Numbered from the stretch's first letter, positions 1-10,186 are shown. The stretch is DNA of 64,000 bases from Planctomycetota bacterium (GCA_044222185.1 JBGANV010000003.1:800001-864000), one strand, 5' to 3'. Numbers and translations are program-made. The notes: generated by a model from the sequence alone, not told the origin.

Positions 1-2
1 GT

Positions 3-512
3 AGGGCCGAGGTTCCCACAACGGAGCTGACACTGACGTTCCGCAACGTCCCCGCGACGGCGCATGCCTGGCTGATCGGCGATCGGCTGGTCACAGCCAA
101 GGACTTCGGTTCGAGCAAGAAGAACAAGGACGGCTCGTTCCGCACGACGTTCGTGCTCGAACGTGGGAGATGGTCACTCGAGGTCTCCGATGCGACGACC
201 AATCGCTGGTTCGGACGCGAGATCGTGGTGGACGCGCCCGGGCAGTCGATCGAGATCGATCCTGATTGGCGCGACGCGCGAACGGTCACGTCCGCGACCG
301 GCGAAGCGATGACGCGAGTGATGGTGCGCGGTGGACGCGAGATCCCACTGCAACGTAGCGACGCGACGGCCTCCGGGGCATGCAGCGTCCTGCGCGGGCT
401 TCCGCCGCACGGCGATGTGGTCCTGCGCGTCGGCGACGAACTCTTTCGAGTCGACGAAACGCGTGGGCAGTCACCGCTCCTCGACGCAGCCTGCCCGAGG
501 ATCGGCCGATAG
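3..512 (+). CDS. 5'-truncated hypothetical protein, beta-sandwich / carboxypeptidase-regulatory-like C-terminus
   Basis: The frame of ORF 153..512 is open back to position 3 (RAEVPTTELTLTFRNVPATAHAWLIG...), so the gene starts before the window. Beta-strand-rich, with a 'LRGLPP' motif. Confidence 0.55.
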   Translation, partial: RAEVPTTELTLTFRNVPATAHAWLIGDRLVTAKDFGSSKKNKDGSFRTTFVLERGRWSLEVSDATTNRWFGREIVVDAPGQSIEIDPDWRDARTVTSATGEAMTRVMVRGGREIPLQRSDATASGACSVLRGLPPHGDVVLRVGDELFRVDETRGQSPLLDAACPRIGR

Positions 513-596
513 CTCGCGCGACGCGTCCAGACAGGTTCTGTGCAGGTGTCGCATGTCGTTTTCGGTTACGGGTTCCAACAATGAAGGGCAACGAAG

Positions 597-1445
597 ATGT
601 GTAGGTTCACGAGTACGATCGATCGAAACACCAAGGGTGGAGCCGTCGCGCTGCTACTCGTTGCGATGACGCTCAGTGCACGCTGCAATGCCGAACAGGG
701 CTTCAGCTACGCGCAGCAGACCGCGCAATGTGCGTTCATCGCGGACGCCATTGACCGAACGGGAACATCGCCGCCGGCGGTGACTGGGAGTGGAAACTGG
801 GCGACAGCAGTCGATTCCGGTGTGGTCTACCAGGGGGAAGCCGTCGCCACGTGCATTCCGTTCACGAGTTCGGGCACCGCCGCGAATTCGGCATCCGGGT
901 CGCTGATCAAGTTCAAGATGCGACACCTCGCCGGGAATGGCTGCGCTCCGGCACTCATGTTCCATTCCGAGTCGCTGCTGTTCGCCAGGGTCGAGTCCCA
1001 CATCGGTGGAAATTGCCAGGCTTCGTGCCATGCCGGTGGTCTCGCGCACCTGAACGGCAACGTACTTCCGGCGAGCGACCTGGCCGTGATGGCGCAGAAC
1101 TCGAACGTCGGCGGGTTCAGCGTGATCACGGTTCCGATCCCGGGCGGGGGAACGTTCCCCCTCCCCAATCCGCTACCGGACGGGCCGACCGACGACGTCG
1201 ATGAGAAGCAGATCCCGAAGAACCACGACGCCGATGTGAGCTTCGAGAGCATCACAGGGTACTCCTATGTAGATGTCATGGCGTTTGCGGATCGGAATCC
1301 GTTCAACCTCGCCGGATTCGGTGCCGCGAATGCCTGGGTGAAGCTGACGACGGTCCACGTCGAGACGTCGGCGTCGTGCACGGTGCACGGGACGCATGGG
1401 GTTCTGACCTACGACGACCGGTGGGCAAACGCGCTTCACCCGTGA
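597..1445 (+). CDS. secreted Cys-containing hypothetical protein
   Basis: N-terminal hydrophobic signal (GAVALLLVAMTLSARCNA-E), natural amino-acid composition, purine-rich RBS region; no family recognised. Confidence 0.65.
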   Translation: MCRFTSTIDRNTKGGAVALLLVAMTLSARCNAEQGFSYAQQTAQCAFIADAIDRTGTSPPAVTGSGNWATAVDSGVVYQGEAVATCIPFTSSGTAANSASGSLIKFKMRHLAGNGCAPALMFHSESLLFARVESHIGGNCQASCHAGGLAHLNGNVLPASDLAVMAQNSNVGGFSVITVPIPGGGTFPLPNPLPDGPTDDVDEKQIPKNHDADVSFESITGYSYVDVMAFADRNPFNLAGFGAANAWVKLTTVHVETSASCTVHGTHGVLTYDDRWANALHP

Positions 1446-1619
1446 CACGATCCCGCGCGTCGCGCCGCGGAGACCGAGCATGGCGCGGCGTGATCCGCCG
1501 CGACACATCGGGGTCCTGCCGGCGCCATGAAGACGCTGGCGAGGACCCGACACCGCGTCTCGGGTTCGACGTCCGCGCGGTTCATATGCGGCTCGGCCCT
1601 ATCTCGGTATGCTGCCGCC

Positions 1620-2084
1620 GTGCCCTCACCATCGATCGAGCCCGTGGGTTGGGATCCGCGTCGCAAGCGCAATCCGAAGGACTACTTCTGGCCCCTGCTT
1701 ACCAACGGGCTGCGCCTGCGCTGCCCGGTCTGCAAGCGTGGACGGATCTTCCCCCACCTCATGCGGATGGCGAAACAGTGCCCGGCGTGTGGGATTACCC
1801 TCGAGCGCGAGCCTGGCTACTTCCTCGGCTCGATCTACTTCAACTACGGCGCCACCTGTGCGCTCGCGATGGCGACGTTCGTGGTCAGTTACTTCGCGCT
1901 CGCCGCCGGGGAGTCACTGAGCGTTGGTCTCGCCGTCGCGATCACGATGACGTTCCCGTTCTGGTTCTGGCGGTATGCCCGATCGGCATGGCTCGTCTTC
2001 GATCAGTACTTCGACCCGCGTGAGATCCCGCCGGCCGGCAGCACGTCGGCTCCAGGTGAATCAGCGGGCTCTCGCCGGACCTGA
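1620..2084 (+). CDS. DUF983 family membrane protein
   Basis: LRLRCPVCKRGRIF...CPACG...EREPGYFLGSIYFNY plus two TM helices. ORF track starts at 1527; GTG at 1620 follows a TATGCT -10-like hexamer. Confidence 0.8.
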   Translation: MPSPSIEPVGWDPRRKRNPKDYFWPLLTNGLRLRCPVCKRGRIFPHLMRMAKQCPACGITLEREPGYFLGSIYFNYGATCALAMATFVVSYFALAAGESLSVGLAVAITMTFPFWFWRYARSAWLVFDQYFDPREIPPAGSTSAPGESAGSRRT

Positions 2085-2108
2085 CACGGCGTTCGGGCCG
2101 GTCGGGCA

Positions 2109-3311
2109 TCACGCGAACAGGGATGCCGCGAGGAGCCCACAGAGCCCGACGACCACCGCCGTCATGCCCCCGAGCAGCATTGGCTTCACCCCAAGCCCCT
2201 TGAACGCGCGCAGGTTCGTCGTGAGGCCGACCGAAGCCATGGCCGCCCCCAGGAGAGCCTGGACCCAGGTTTCGCCGACGAGTTTCGTGATCGCCTTCCA
2301 TCCGGCAGCGTCCCAGGTGCCGTAGGCGAGCCCCGTGGCGAGGCCACGATCACCGAGCGTGCGCACCACCGCCATCGCGAGGAAGCCCACGATGAAGATG
2401 GGGAACAGCTTCGAGAACGGGACCTTCTTTCCGCCGCCGGTCCGGCCGAGGCGGCGCCAGTGGAAGTACGCGAGGATGGGAACCACCGCGGCGAGGCATG
2501 CGTTTCGGGCAAGCTTGGTCACGGTGGCCATCTTGAACGCGTCGTCCGCCTGAAAGAGCTCGCGGTAGGTGACCGCCGCGCCCATCACCTGCGACGTGTC
2601 GTGGATTGCCGTCCCCAGGAAGAGGCCGGCCGCCTTGGGGCTGTTCGCGAACAGCGCGTGGGCGAGCCACGGATAGACGAACATGGCGATCATCCCGAAG
2701 ATGGTCACGTTGGTGACCGTGTAGGCGATCTCCCGGTCATCGGCTTCGATGGCGGCACCGACGGTGAGCGTGGCGGTGACCCCGCAGATGCCCGTGGACG
2801 CCGCCGCAAGCGTCCCCATGTTGCCGGGGACCTTCATCAGCCGCGCCATCCAGATGGCGACGATCAGTGCCAGACACACGACGCCGATCACCACGGGGAT
2901 GCCCACGGCACCGAGCTTCATCACGTCCGTGAAAGAGAGCTTGATGCCGACGAGCACGATGCCGAGGCGCAGCAGGCGCTTCATGCTGAAGTCGAGGCCT
3001 GCATGGAAGAGCCTCGGCACCTGCAACGTGTTCGCCGCGACGAGGCCCATCACGATCGCGAGCATGATCGGCGACACGGCGTTGTGCGCCGGGTCGTGCT
3101 TGCGACCTTGAAGGTCTTGGATCCACGGGCCGACGACACCAGCGAGCCACATCGCCCCGGCCACGACGACCGCCGCGAGGATCACACCCGGGATCACCCG
3201 CGGCAGATCCACGAACCGGACTCCGAGGAAGTACCGCTCGATCCACGAGACGACGCCGCCGGATGCGGTGGCCGGAGAACCAGCCGCCGGAAGGGGTGAT
3301 TTCGATTCCAT
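2109..3311 (-). CDS. YeiH/UPF0324 family putative sulfate exporter membrane protein
   Basis: Multi-TM; LLRLGIVLVG, GICGVTA, GTAIHDTSQV and TVTKLARN motifs; start taken at MESKSP. Confidence 0.88.
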   Translation of the reverse strand: MESKSPLPAAGSPATASGGVVSWIERYFLGVRFVDLPRVIPGVILAAVVVAGAMWLAGVVGPWIQDLQGRKHDPAHNAVSPIMLAIVMGLVAANTLQVPRLFHAGLDFSMKRLLRLGIVLVGIKLSFTDVMKLGAVGIPVVIGVVCLALIVAIWMARLMKVPGNMGTLAAASTGICGVTATLTVGAAIEADDREIAYTVTNVTIFGMIAMFVYPWLAHALFANSPKAAGLFLGTAIHDTSQVMGAAVTYRELFQADDAFKMATVTKLARNACLAAVVPILAYFHWRRLGRTGGGKKVPFSKLFPIFIVGFLAMAVVRTLGDRGLATGLAYGTWDAAGWKAITKLVGETWVQALLGAAMASVGLTTNLRAFKGLGVKPMLLGGMTAVVVGLCGLLAASLFA

Positions 3312-3411
3312 CGCGTGTGGGGTCCTGCCTTGACTTGGGCCCCGCGCAGGCGAACGCCGCGTCGTGGCGAGGCGAGGTTCTAACCGACGAACCGAAGAAT
3401 GGGAGCGCCGG

Positions 3412-4359
3412 TCAGCTGCAGCCGGAGAGGTCCACGCATTCCGCCGAGAGGCCGGAGGCTCGGAAGGCATCGCGAATCGGACCGTTGTTCTCCAACGCGA
3501 GCGTGGACTCGAGGCGTCGCTTGCCATCGTCGAGGCCGAGGATGCGCGCGATCACGCCCTTGGCCTTCGCGTGGCCGGTGTCGGTCTTTTGGAGCAGGTG
3601 GAAGTACATCAACGCGAAGAGTCCGTGGAACGGGTCGACCCCGAGTTCCTCGCAGAGTCCTACCGATCGCTTGGCGGACTGGATGGCCTTCTCCACGTCG
3701 CCCTTGAGCTGCCGGACGTAGCCGAGGTTGCAATGCGCGAAGGCGCGCGCGGACCGAGCCGAGTCGTCGCCGTCGGGCAACGACAACACGCGCATGAAGT
3801 CCGCCTCCGCGGCATCCAGCTGGTTCCGCCACAGGCGAAGGACCCCGATCATGTTGTAGGCGGTGGCAAGGTGCCGGGTGTTGAACCGCGTGATCTCGGT
3901 GCAGATCCCGATCGCGAGGTCGACCTTGCGGTCCTGCGATCCGGGGACGTCGTCCAGGACCCGCCGCACGTCCTCGAGGTCGCAACCGGCCTGGATCTCG
4001 GACGAGCCGACGAAGTCCTCCGCATCCTCGATCATCTCGCGACCGTACTGGGCGTGGTCGCGCGCCGAGCCCTCGACTTCACCCTCCACCGGGACGACGT
4101 TGTCCGTGTTGTCCTCGGGGTCGTGCCGCTCCTTCAGCACGGTCTGGGCGAGCCGATACATCGCGAGGCACATCTCGTCGATCGTCTCTCGGAGGTAGGC
4201 CGACTCCGGCAGGTCGATTGCACGGAAGTAGCCGCCGAGCGCGTCGTAACAGGGTCTGCACCCTTGGATGTGCTGCGAGACTCGTTCGAGATCGAACGAC
4301 TGGCGGGCCGCCGTGTCGAGGAACGACCCGAGGTATTGGCTGACGTACTCGCACCCCAT
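3412..4359 (-). CDS. zinc-finger (ZAS/zf-HC2-like) anti-sigma domain plus TPR protein
   Basis: N-terminal C..V..YL..FLD...HIQGCRPC (HxxxCxxC); C-terminal TPRs (ATAYNMIGVLRL...AEADFMRVL; AFAHCNLGYVRQLKGDVEKAIQSAKRS). Confidence 0.75.
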   Translation of the reverse strand: MGCEYVSQYLGSFLDTAARQSFDLERVSQHIQGCRPCYDALGGYFRAIDLPESAYLRETIDEMCLAMYRLAQTVLKERHDPEDNTDNVVPVEGEVEGSARDHAQYGREMIEDAEDFVGSSEIQAGCDLEDVRRVLDDVPGSQDRKVDLAIGICTEITRFNTRHLATAYNMIGVLRLWRNQLDAAEADFMRVLSLPDGDDSARSARAFAHCNLGYVRQLKGDVEKAIQSAKRSVGLCEELGVDPFHGLFALMYFHLLQKTDTGHAKAKGVIARILGLDDGKRRLESTLALENNGPIRDAFRASGLSAECVDLSGCS

Positions 4360-4399
4360 GACCGGCTGTCTCGACCCGGTGGAATCCCGGGCCCCGCTC

Positions 4400-5497
4400 T
4401 CAGGCAAGTGCGCGCTGATGGTTCAGTACGAACCGCAGCGCCACCTCCCATTTCTCGACGAGGCGGTTCAGACCGTCGCCCGAGTTGTCACGGATCCGGA
4501 GATCCTTCGACTCGACGATGACCCGCAACTGTTCGAGCACCCGACGGACGTAGTTGCTTCGGATGTCGATGCCGAGAACGGCGCGTGCGCTCTCCCGCAG
4601 GAGGACGTGGAGAGCCCTGAGGTATTCACGCTTGGCTGTCTTTTCGTTGACCGAGAGTTTCGATGCGATCTCCGACCACCCGAGATTCCCGTGGCCATCC
4701 AGTTCTCGATCCAGCTCCCGCAAGAGCTGCAGGAAGGGCTCACCGCGATCGGGGGCGGCGTGCGCGGCCGCCGACACGGTGTCCCCCGTGCGGTTCTTCG
4801 CCAGGTAGACGAGTTGCTGCGTCGCCGAGAGCTTCGTGGCGAAGATGTCGAGCATGAGGCCGACGCGGTCCGCCGGATCACGATCGACGACCTCGTGCGA
4901 TGGATCGTCGACGGTCGACTCGGGAACCTCGCCCGCGTCGACCATGGCATGATCCAATGCGTCCTGCGACTGGCGGCACCACTGGAAGTACGCCTTCTTG
5001 AGGCAGTTCAGGTAGTAGTAGGTGAGGCAGAAGACCTTCTCGCCCGCGAGCTTGGCCTGTCCGAACTCCACCATCTTCTGAAGCGAATCGCGGCTGACGA
5101 AGACGGAGATGAGATCGGCATGTACCGCCGTGTAGATCCCCGCGCGTGGCGCGAACCGGCGATCGATCTGTGTGAGGCCGTGGAAATACAGTCCGACCTG
5201 GACGAAATCCACCACGGCCGACGAGATCAACCCGGTGCGCACCATGGCATCGCCGACGACGTTCAGGAGGTAGGCCGGCTGGAAGAGCGAAACGCCGAGC
5301 CGTTCCTGCGCGTCGTCGATGCAACCGAGGAAGGCTCGGACCTTCTCCCGAGTCTTGGGCGGCGTTTTCTCCGCAGCCACCTGGTCCTGCAGCTTGCCGA
5401 TCATCTCATGGAAGCGCTCGAGCGCGACGGCTCGATCGCTCCCATCCGTGGCCCGCTGCAAGGCGGCCCGGAGTCGGTCCATGAGGGTCTGGCCCAT
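4400..5497 (-). CDS. divergent sigma-70/ECF-like DNA-binding protein
   Basis: LSATQQLVYLAK and LGWSEIASKLSVNEKTAKREYLRALHVL resemble sigma region 4; GGAGAA RBS; directly upstream of the ZAS-type gene. Confidence 0.65.
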   Translation of the reverse strand: MGQTLMDRLRAALQRATDGSDRAVALERFHEMIGKLQDQVAAEKTPPKTREKVRAFLGCIDDAQERLGVSLFQPAYLLNVVGDAMVRTGLISSAVVDFVQVGLYFHGLTQIDRRFAPRAGIYTAVHADLISVFVSRDSLQKMVEFGQAKLAGEKVFCLTYYYLNCLKKAYFQWCRQSQDALDHAMVDAGEVPESTVDDPSHEVVDRDPADRVGLMLDIFATKLSATQQLVYLAKNRTGDTVSAAAHAAPDRGEPFLQLLRELDRELDGHGNLGWSEIASKLSVNEKTAKREYLRALHVLLRESARAVLGIDIRSNYVRRVLEQLRVIVESKDLRIRDNSGDGLNRLVEKWEVALRFVLNHQRALA

Positions 5498-5514
5498 GAC
5501 GGTTCTCCGAGCGA

Positions 5515-6144
5515 TCAGTTGATCGGGAAGGAACCGGCCGGGCCACCAGGCGCACAGCCGTACAGCGTGAGGTGGAACACCGACGAGGTGCCGTAGCCCG
5601 CGCCCGGGATCACTGCCCAGGAGAACGGGAACAATGGCGCTTCGGTGCCGGGGAGCGGACGCAGGTCGCTCCCGAATCCCGGTGCGGACGGATAATCCGC
5701 CGGCGGAGGACTGGAGGGGTTCCCGACCACGTAGTCGTCGACGAGCAGGCTCCACAGTGGCGAAGTCAGGATCGTGTTGTTCGCACCGGGCGTCACGACG
5801 CGCACGCTCACTGCAACGTCACCGCCGAGTCCGTCGAAGGTCGAGAACGGGACGTCCCAGCGATACTTCCCGCTGGCGTCGAAGTCGACGAGCTTGAGGA
5901 AGTTCACCTGGTTCTGAGTCGAGCGCTGAACGATGGTGATGTCGAGTGCGCCCGGGGTTCCGGCCGGCGCGTTCGACACGGCCTCGAGCCAGATGGTCTG
6001 GTTCGACGCATCCGCCGTGAGCGTGAGAGACGGGTCGCTGGCGGAGGGACTTCCGTTCCCATCGAGAGCCGTAGTACGGCCGAGGAAGACGGCACCGACG
6101 GCGAGAACGATCGGAAGAAGTACGGCAACCCGGGATAGGCGCAT
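5515..6144 (-). CDS. secreted hypothetical protein (beta-sandwich plus Pro-rich tail)
   Basis: GGAGG RBS; signal peptide MRLSRVAVLLPIVLAVGAVFLG; 17-nt gap to the next gene. Confidence 0.75.
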   Translation of the reverse strand: MRLSRVAVLLPIVLAVGAVFLGRTTALDGNGSPSASDPSLTLTADASNQTIWLEAVSNAPAGTPGALDITIVQRSTQNQVNFLKLVDFDASGKYRWDVPFSTFDGLGGDVAVSVRVVTPGANNTILTSPLWSLLVDDYVVGNPSSPPPADYPSAPGFGSDLRPLPGTEAPLFPFSWAVIPGAGYGTSSVFHLTLYGCAPGGPAGSFPIN

Positions 6145-6326
6145 GTCACGGCCTCCGTGTGGAATCCCGCGGGACGTTGCAGACCGCCTCGCGGGCACCA
6201 GACAGGTGCGAAGGGAATCTCACGGTCCCCTCGCGTCGCTGACACGCCTTCGAGCTTCACTCCGCGGCGGACGGCGACGCGGCGCATTGTAGGGTCGACC
6301 CCACCGCAAGGGGAAAACTTTCGTTT

Positions 6327-7145
6327 TTATCTGCGCAGGCGTGCCAATGCGAAGAGCACGAGGATCCCCGCGGTCGCGGGCGTCAGGCACACGAGCAGGT
6401 CGGGGATCCGGAGCCCCTCCGCGCGATCACGTACCAGGAGCCCGGTCGCCGCAACCCCCAGCAGGGCCAAGCCCAATGAAACGTAGGCGGCAGTGTGGCT
6501 CGTCGCCGGGAGTCCGAAGTAGCGGCTCTCGTAGCGGCTTCGGGCCTGGGCGAGCTCGGTTCCGGCGGCCCGCATGGCCGCGTCCAGCGCATCCAGCTTC
6601 GTGGTCAGGTTGCTGTACTCGGTTTCCACCGCGGCCTGCTCTTCCGGCGTCAGGTAGGCATCGATCTCGGCCGACTCCATGTTTTCCCGGAACGACTCCT
6701 CGATGTCCTCGCTCTCGCGGTTGTAGGCCCGCTGGCATTCCTCCCAGCGGTGTTCGCAGGCGAGGACGCGCTCCGACAGGCGGTCGAGTTGCAGCCGCCG
6801 TTCGGTCCCGCTCGTCAGCTTGTCGAGGCGCGCGACGTCACGCCCCAGGCTCCCGACCTCCCCCTCCAGGTCCTCGGCCTGCTGCCGGTGGCGATGGATG
6901 AGGCGAAGCTGGCCACGGAACAGGTCTCGGGCGAGCGTCCGCGCTTCCGGGGGTGGGGAGATCTCCGCGGGTTCGACGGCGACCTGAGCCGCGACCGGCC
7001 GAGCCGTCCCGCGCGCGCCGGCCTGTGCCACGGCCAGGGCCTCGGCAGCCTGCTGACGCGCCCCGCATTGCTCGCAGAACATGGCGAACCAGCCCACGAC
7101 GGCGTTGCAGGTCGTGCAGAAACGGACGCGCTCTTCCATGATCAA
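6327..7145 (-). CDS. zinc-ribbon / coiled-coil / two-TM membrane protein
   Basis: CTTC...FCEQCG ribbon, long E/R-rich helical middle, two C-terminal hydrophobic helices. Confidence 0.75.
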   Translation of the reverse strand: MIMEERVRFCTTCNAVVGWFAMFCEQCGARQQAAEALAVAQAGARGTARPVAAQVAVEPAEISPPPEARTLARDLFRGQLRLIHRHRQQAEDLEGEVGSLGRDVARLDKLTSGTERRLQLDRLSERVLACEHRWEECQRAYNRESEDIEESFRENMESAEIDAYLTPEEQAAVETEYSNLTTKLDALDAAMRAAGTELAQARSRYESRYFGLPATSHTAAYVSLGLALLGVAATGLLVRDRAEGLRIPDLLVCLTPATAGILVLFALARLRR

Positions 7146-7172
7146 CCCATTCCCCAGACGCTCTCGCGCGGC

Positions 7173-7604
7173 CTACCCCGTTGCGGTCGGAGGCAGGATG
7201 CCGTCCTGCCAGCGAGCCCCGCCGGGTCCGAATTCCTTCTTCCAGATCGGCACGCGTGCCTTCAAGGTATCGATCAACTCGAGTCCCGCCGTGAAGGCTT
7301 CCTGCCGATGCGGCGAGCCGATGGCGACGATGAGGCTGGCCTCCCCCACGGCGACCTTGCCCGTGCGGTGCAGCACCGCCACGTCGACGACACCGTGTCG
7401 CGCACCGACCTCGGAACAGACGGCGAGGAGTTCCCGCTCGGCCATGGCGACGTAGGCATGATATTCGACGTGCTCGACGGCGTGGCCCTCGTGGTGGTCA
7501 CGCACGAGCCCATGAAAGACGAGGACGGCCCCGTTCGCAGGTCGGCTCACGGCCCGGCGCGCCTCCGCCTCATCGAGTGGCTGGTGAGTGATGCGGATGA
7601 GCAC
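7173..7604 (-). CDS. moaE: molybdopterin synthase catalytic subunit
   Basis: GAVLVFHGLVRD, EYHAY..MAE, HRTG, SPHRQEAF, LKARVPIWKKE. Confidence 0.95.
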   Translation of the reverse strand: MLIRITHQPLDEAEARRAVSRPANGAVLVFHGLVRDHHEGHAVEHVEYHAYVAMAERELLAVCSEVGARHGVVDVAVLHRTGKVAVGEASLIVAIGSPHRQEAFTAGLELIDTLKARVPIWKKEFGPGGARWQDGILPPTATG

Positions 7605-7606
7605 GA

Positions 7607-7852
7607 TCAGCCTCCACTCACCGGCGGGATCACGGCCACTTCGTCGCCTTCGCGCAGGGCGTGGTCCGGACGGACGAATCGCAGGTTCACCGCGATCGCG
7701 ACGGCGGACAAGCGGTCACGAAGCTGCGGGTGCGACGCGCGCACGACCTCCAACGCGTCCGACGCCCTCGCTCCGTCCCAAAGCTCCACGGCCGGCAGCT
7801 CGGACCCGGCGAGCTCACCGAGCGCGCCGAACAGAAGGAGGCGGATTCTCAT
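7607..7852 (-). CDS. moaD: molybdopterin synthase sulfur carrier subunit
   Basis: MRIRLLLFG...AVN...GDEVAVIPPVSGG with C-terminal GG; adjacent to moaE. Confidence 0.93.
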   Translation of the reverse strand: MRIRLLLFGALGELAGSELPAVELWDGARASDALEVVRASHPQLRDRLSAVAIAVNLRFVRPDHALREGDEVAVIPPVSGG

Positions 7853-7972
7853 GAGCCAGTTCCGATTGCGATGCGGATGCTTGACGGGCGGGCGTCGACG
7901 CGGGCATCGTACGAAGCCCATTCGGGCGGCCAAACACGTTCACCCGCGCGCCCAATCGACAAGGAGTCACTC

Positions 7973-10168
7973 GTGTCGCGTTCGCCTCTCCTCCCCATCG
8001 TCTTCGTCGCCTTCGCCGCGCCGCTCATCGCGCAGGACTCGCGCCCCACTCCGATCACGCTCGACGAGGTCCTCCTGCAAGGGGGCAGGTTCGAACCCCG
8101 GCTGCCGCGACAACTCATGTGGCACCCCGCCGGCGACAGGTACTGCCACGTCGTCGGCGAAGGCACGGCTGCGACGCTGACCGAGTTCCGGCTCGCTGAC
8201 GGCAAGCCGATGCCCGTGGTCTCCGTCGCGGACATCACGGCGGCGCTCACGGCAGTTGGCGAAAAGACCGAGCTGCGCGGCCTGCCCGCACTCGAGTTCG
8301 CGTCGGATGCCAGAGCGCTGCAATTCCGTTACCCCCACAAGCTCGCCGACGGGAGCCCCGCCATCCGGACCTGGCGGTTCGACCTGGTGACGCGCAAGAT
8401 CGCGGCCCTGGCCGACGTGCCTGCGGATGCGAACGCGATGGTCGCCAGCAAGGACGGCGCGGTCGCATACGTCGAGTCGAACAACATCTCGGTCCTGACC
8501 GTCGACGGCGTCGTCCATCGGGTCACGAAGGACGGCAACGAGGATCTGCACTACGGTGTCTCCGCACATCGGGAGGAGTTCGGAATCCAGGACGGATTGT
8601 GGTGGGATCCCACGGGCCGGCGCATCGCGTTCTATCGTGAGGATCTCCGGCCGATCACGCCCTACCCGTACGCGAACACGGCGGTCGTGCCGGCGACGCG
8701 CGCGCACGGTCGATATCCCATGGCCGGCGGGAAGAACTCGGTCGTCACGATCGGCGTGTATGACGTCGCGACCGAAACGACGACGTGGCTCGATACGGAC
8801 ACCGCGGCGGACTGGTGGCTCACGAACGTCACGTTCGACCCGACGGGGGACGCGATCTACGTCGCCCGCGTCAACCGCCTCCAGAACGCCATGGACCTCG
8901 TCCGTTTCGACGCCGCGACCGGCAAGCAGGCCGCCGTGCTGTTCAGCGAGAAGGACGACCAGTGGGTCGAGCCTGAACACGGACCGACGTTCATCCCGGG
9001 CCAACCCAAACGACTCCTCTGGCTGAGCCCACGTGGCGGCTGGCTCCACCTCTGGTCGTTCGACGCCGAGACGGGCGAATCGCGCGACATCTGCACGGGA
9101 ACGCACGACGTCCAACAGGTTCTGGGGTTCAACGCGGCGAACGACCGCGTCTACTACATGGCGGCGTCGAACGACGATCCCCGAACGCTCCACCTTTGGG
9201 GTGCCTCACTCGCCGACGGAGGTAGCACGCAGATCACGAAGGGGCGTGGCCGTCGCCAGGTCATGCTGTCCCCGAAGGCTGATCATGCGCTGATGATCCG
9301 GCAGGACCTGGAGACGCCGCCCGTCATCGAGCGGCTCGACCTCGCAACAGGCACCGTCCAACCGATCGCCTCGTCTCTGAACCCGCTGGCGGCACGGGCG
9401 CCGCTCGGCGACCAGAGGTTCTTCACGGTCAAGTCCGCGAACGGCGACACGCTCTTCGGTCACATGTTCACGCCGCCGAACATGCAGCCGAACGAGCGCT
9501 ATCCGGCACTCTGCTACGTCTACGGCGGTCCGCACGTGCAGCTCGTCACCGACTCGTGGCTTGGTGGCGCGAATCTCTGGTTGCGCTGGTTCGCGTCGCA
9601 GGGCTACGTGGTCTATCGGATCGACGGGCACGGCACGCCGAATCGGGGAATCGAATTCCAGCAGGCCATTCATCGGCATCTCGGGACGACCGAGATCCAG
9701 GACCAGCTCGCCGGGCTCGAATACGTGAAGTCGTTGCCCTTCGTCGACGGGGCTCGGGTCGGCGTTCACGGCTGGAGCTTCGGCGGATTCATGACGGCAT
9801 CGCTTCTGTGCCGCGCACCCGACGCGTTCAAGTGCGGGATCGCCGGTGCTCCCGTCACGGACTGGGCGATGTACGAGACCGGGTACGGCGAGCGCTACAT
9901 GGACACGCCGTCGGAGAATCCGCAAGGCTACGCCGAGGAGAACGTCGCGAAGTACGCGAAGGATCTCAAAGGTCGCCTCCTCATCATTCACGGAACCGCC
10001 GACGACACGGTCGTGTGGCAGCACACGCTCCGGCTTCTCGACGCGTTCATCGACGCGGGTGTCGACGTGGAGTACTTCGTCTACCCGGGCCAGAAGCACG
10101 GCGTCGTCGGCAAGGCGAAGATCCACCTCTACCGCAAGATGACGCGGTGGTTGATGGAGCACATCTGA
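7973..10168 (+). CDS. S9B dipeptidyl-peptidase IV family serine peptidase, secreted
   Basis: AAGGAG RBS, signal peptide, DPP IV N-terminal propeller (EEFG, YPMAG), VYGGP, GWSFGG nucleophile, HGTADD, YPGQKHG. Confidence 0.93.
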   Translation: MSRSPLLPIVFVAFAAPLIAQDSRPTPITLDEVLLQGGRFEPRLPRQLMWHPAGDRYCHVVGEGTAATLTEFRLADGKPMPVVSVADITAALTAVGEKTELRGLPALEFASDARALQFRYPHKLADGSPAIRTWRFDLVTRKIAALADVPADANAMVASKDGAVAYVESNNISVLTVDGVVHRVTKDGNEDLHYGVSAHREEFGIQDGLWWDPTGRRIAFYREDLRPITPYPYANTAVVPATRAHGRYPMAGGKNSVVTIGVYDVATETTTWLDTDTAADWWLTNVTFDPTGDAIYVARVNRLQNAMDLVRFDAATGKQAAVLFSEKDDQWVEPEHGPTFIPGQPKRLLWLSPRGGWLHLWSFDAETGESRDICTGTHDVQQVLGFNAANDRVYYMAASNDDPRTLHLWGASLADGGSTQITKGRGRRQVMLSPKADHALMIRQDLETPPVIERLDLATGTVQPIASSLNPLAARAPLGDQRFFTVKSANGDTLFGHMFTPPNMQPNERYPALCYVYGGPHVQLVTDSWLGGANLWLRWFASQGYVVYRIDGHGTPNRGIEFQQAIHRHLGTTEIQDQLAGLEYVKSLPFVDGARVGVHGWSFGGFMTASLLCRAPDAFKCGIAGAPVTDWAMYETGYGERYMDTPSENPQGYAEENVAKYAKDLKGRLLIIHGTADDTVVWQHTLRLLDAFIDAGVDVEYFVYPGQKHGVVGKAKIHLYRKMTRWLMEHI

Positions 10169-10186
10169 CGGCGTGGGGCGTCGCGC

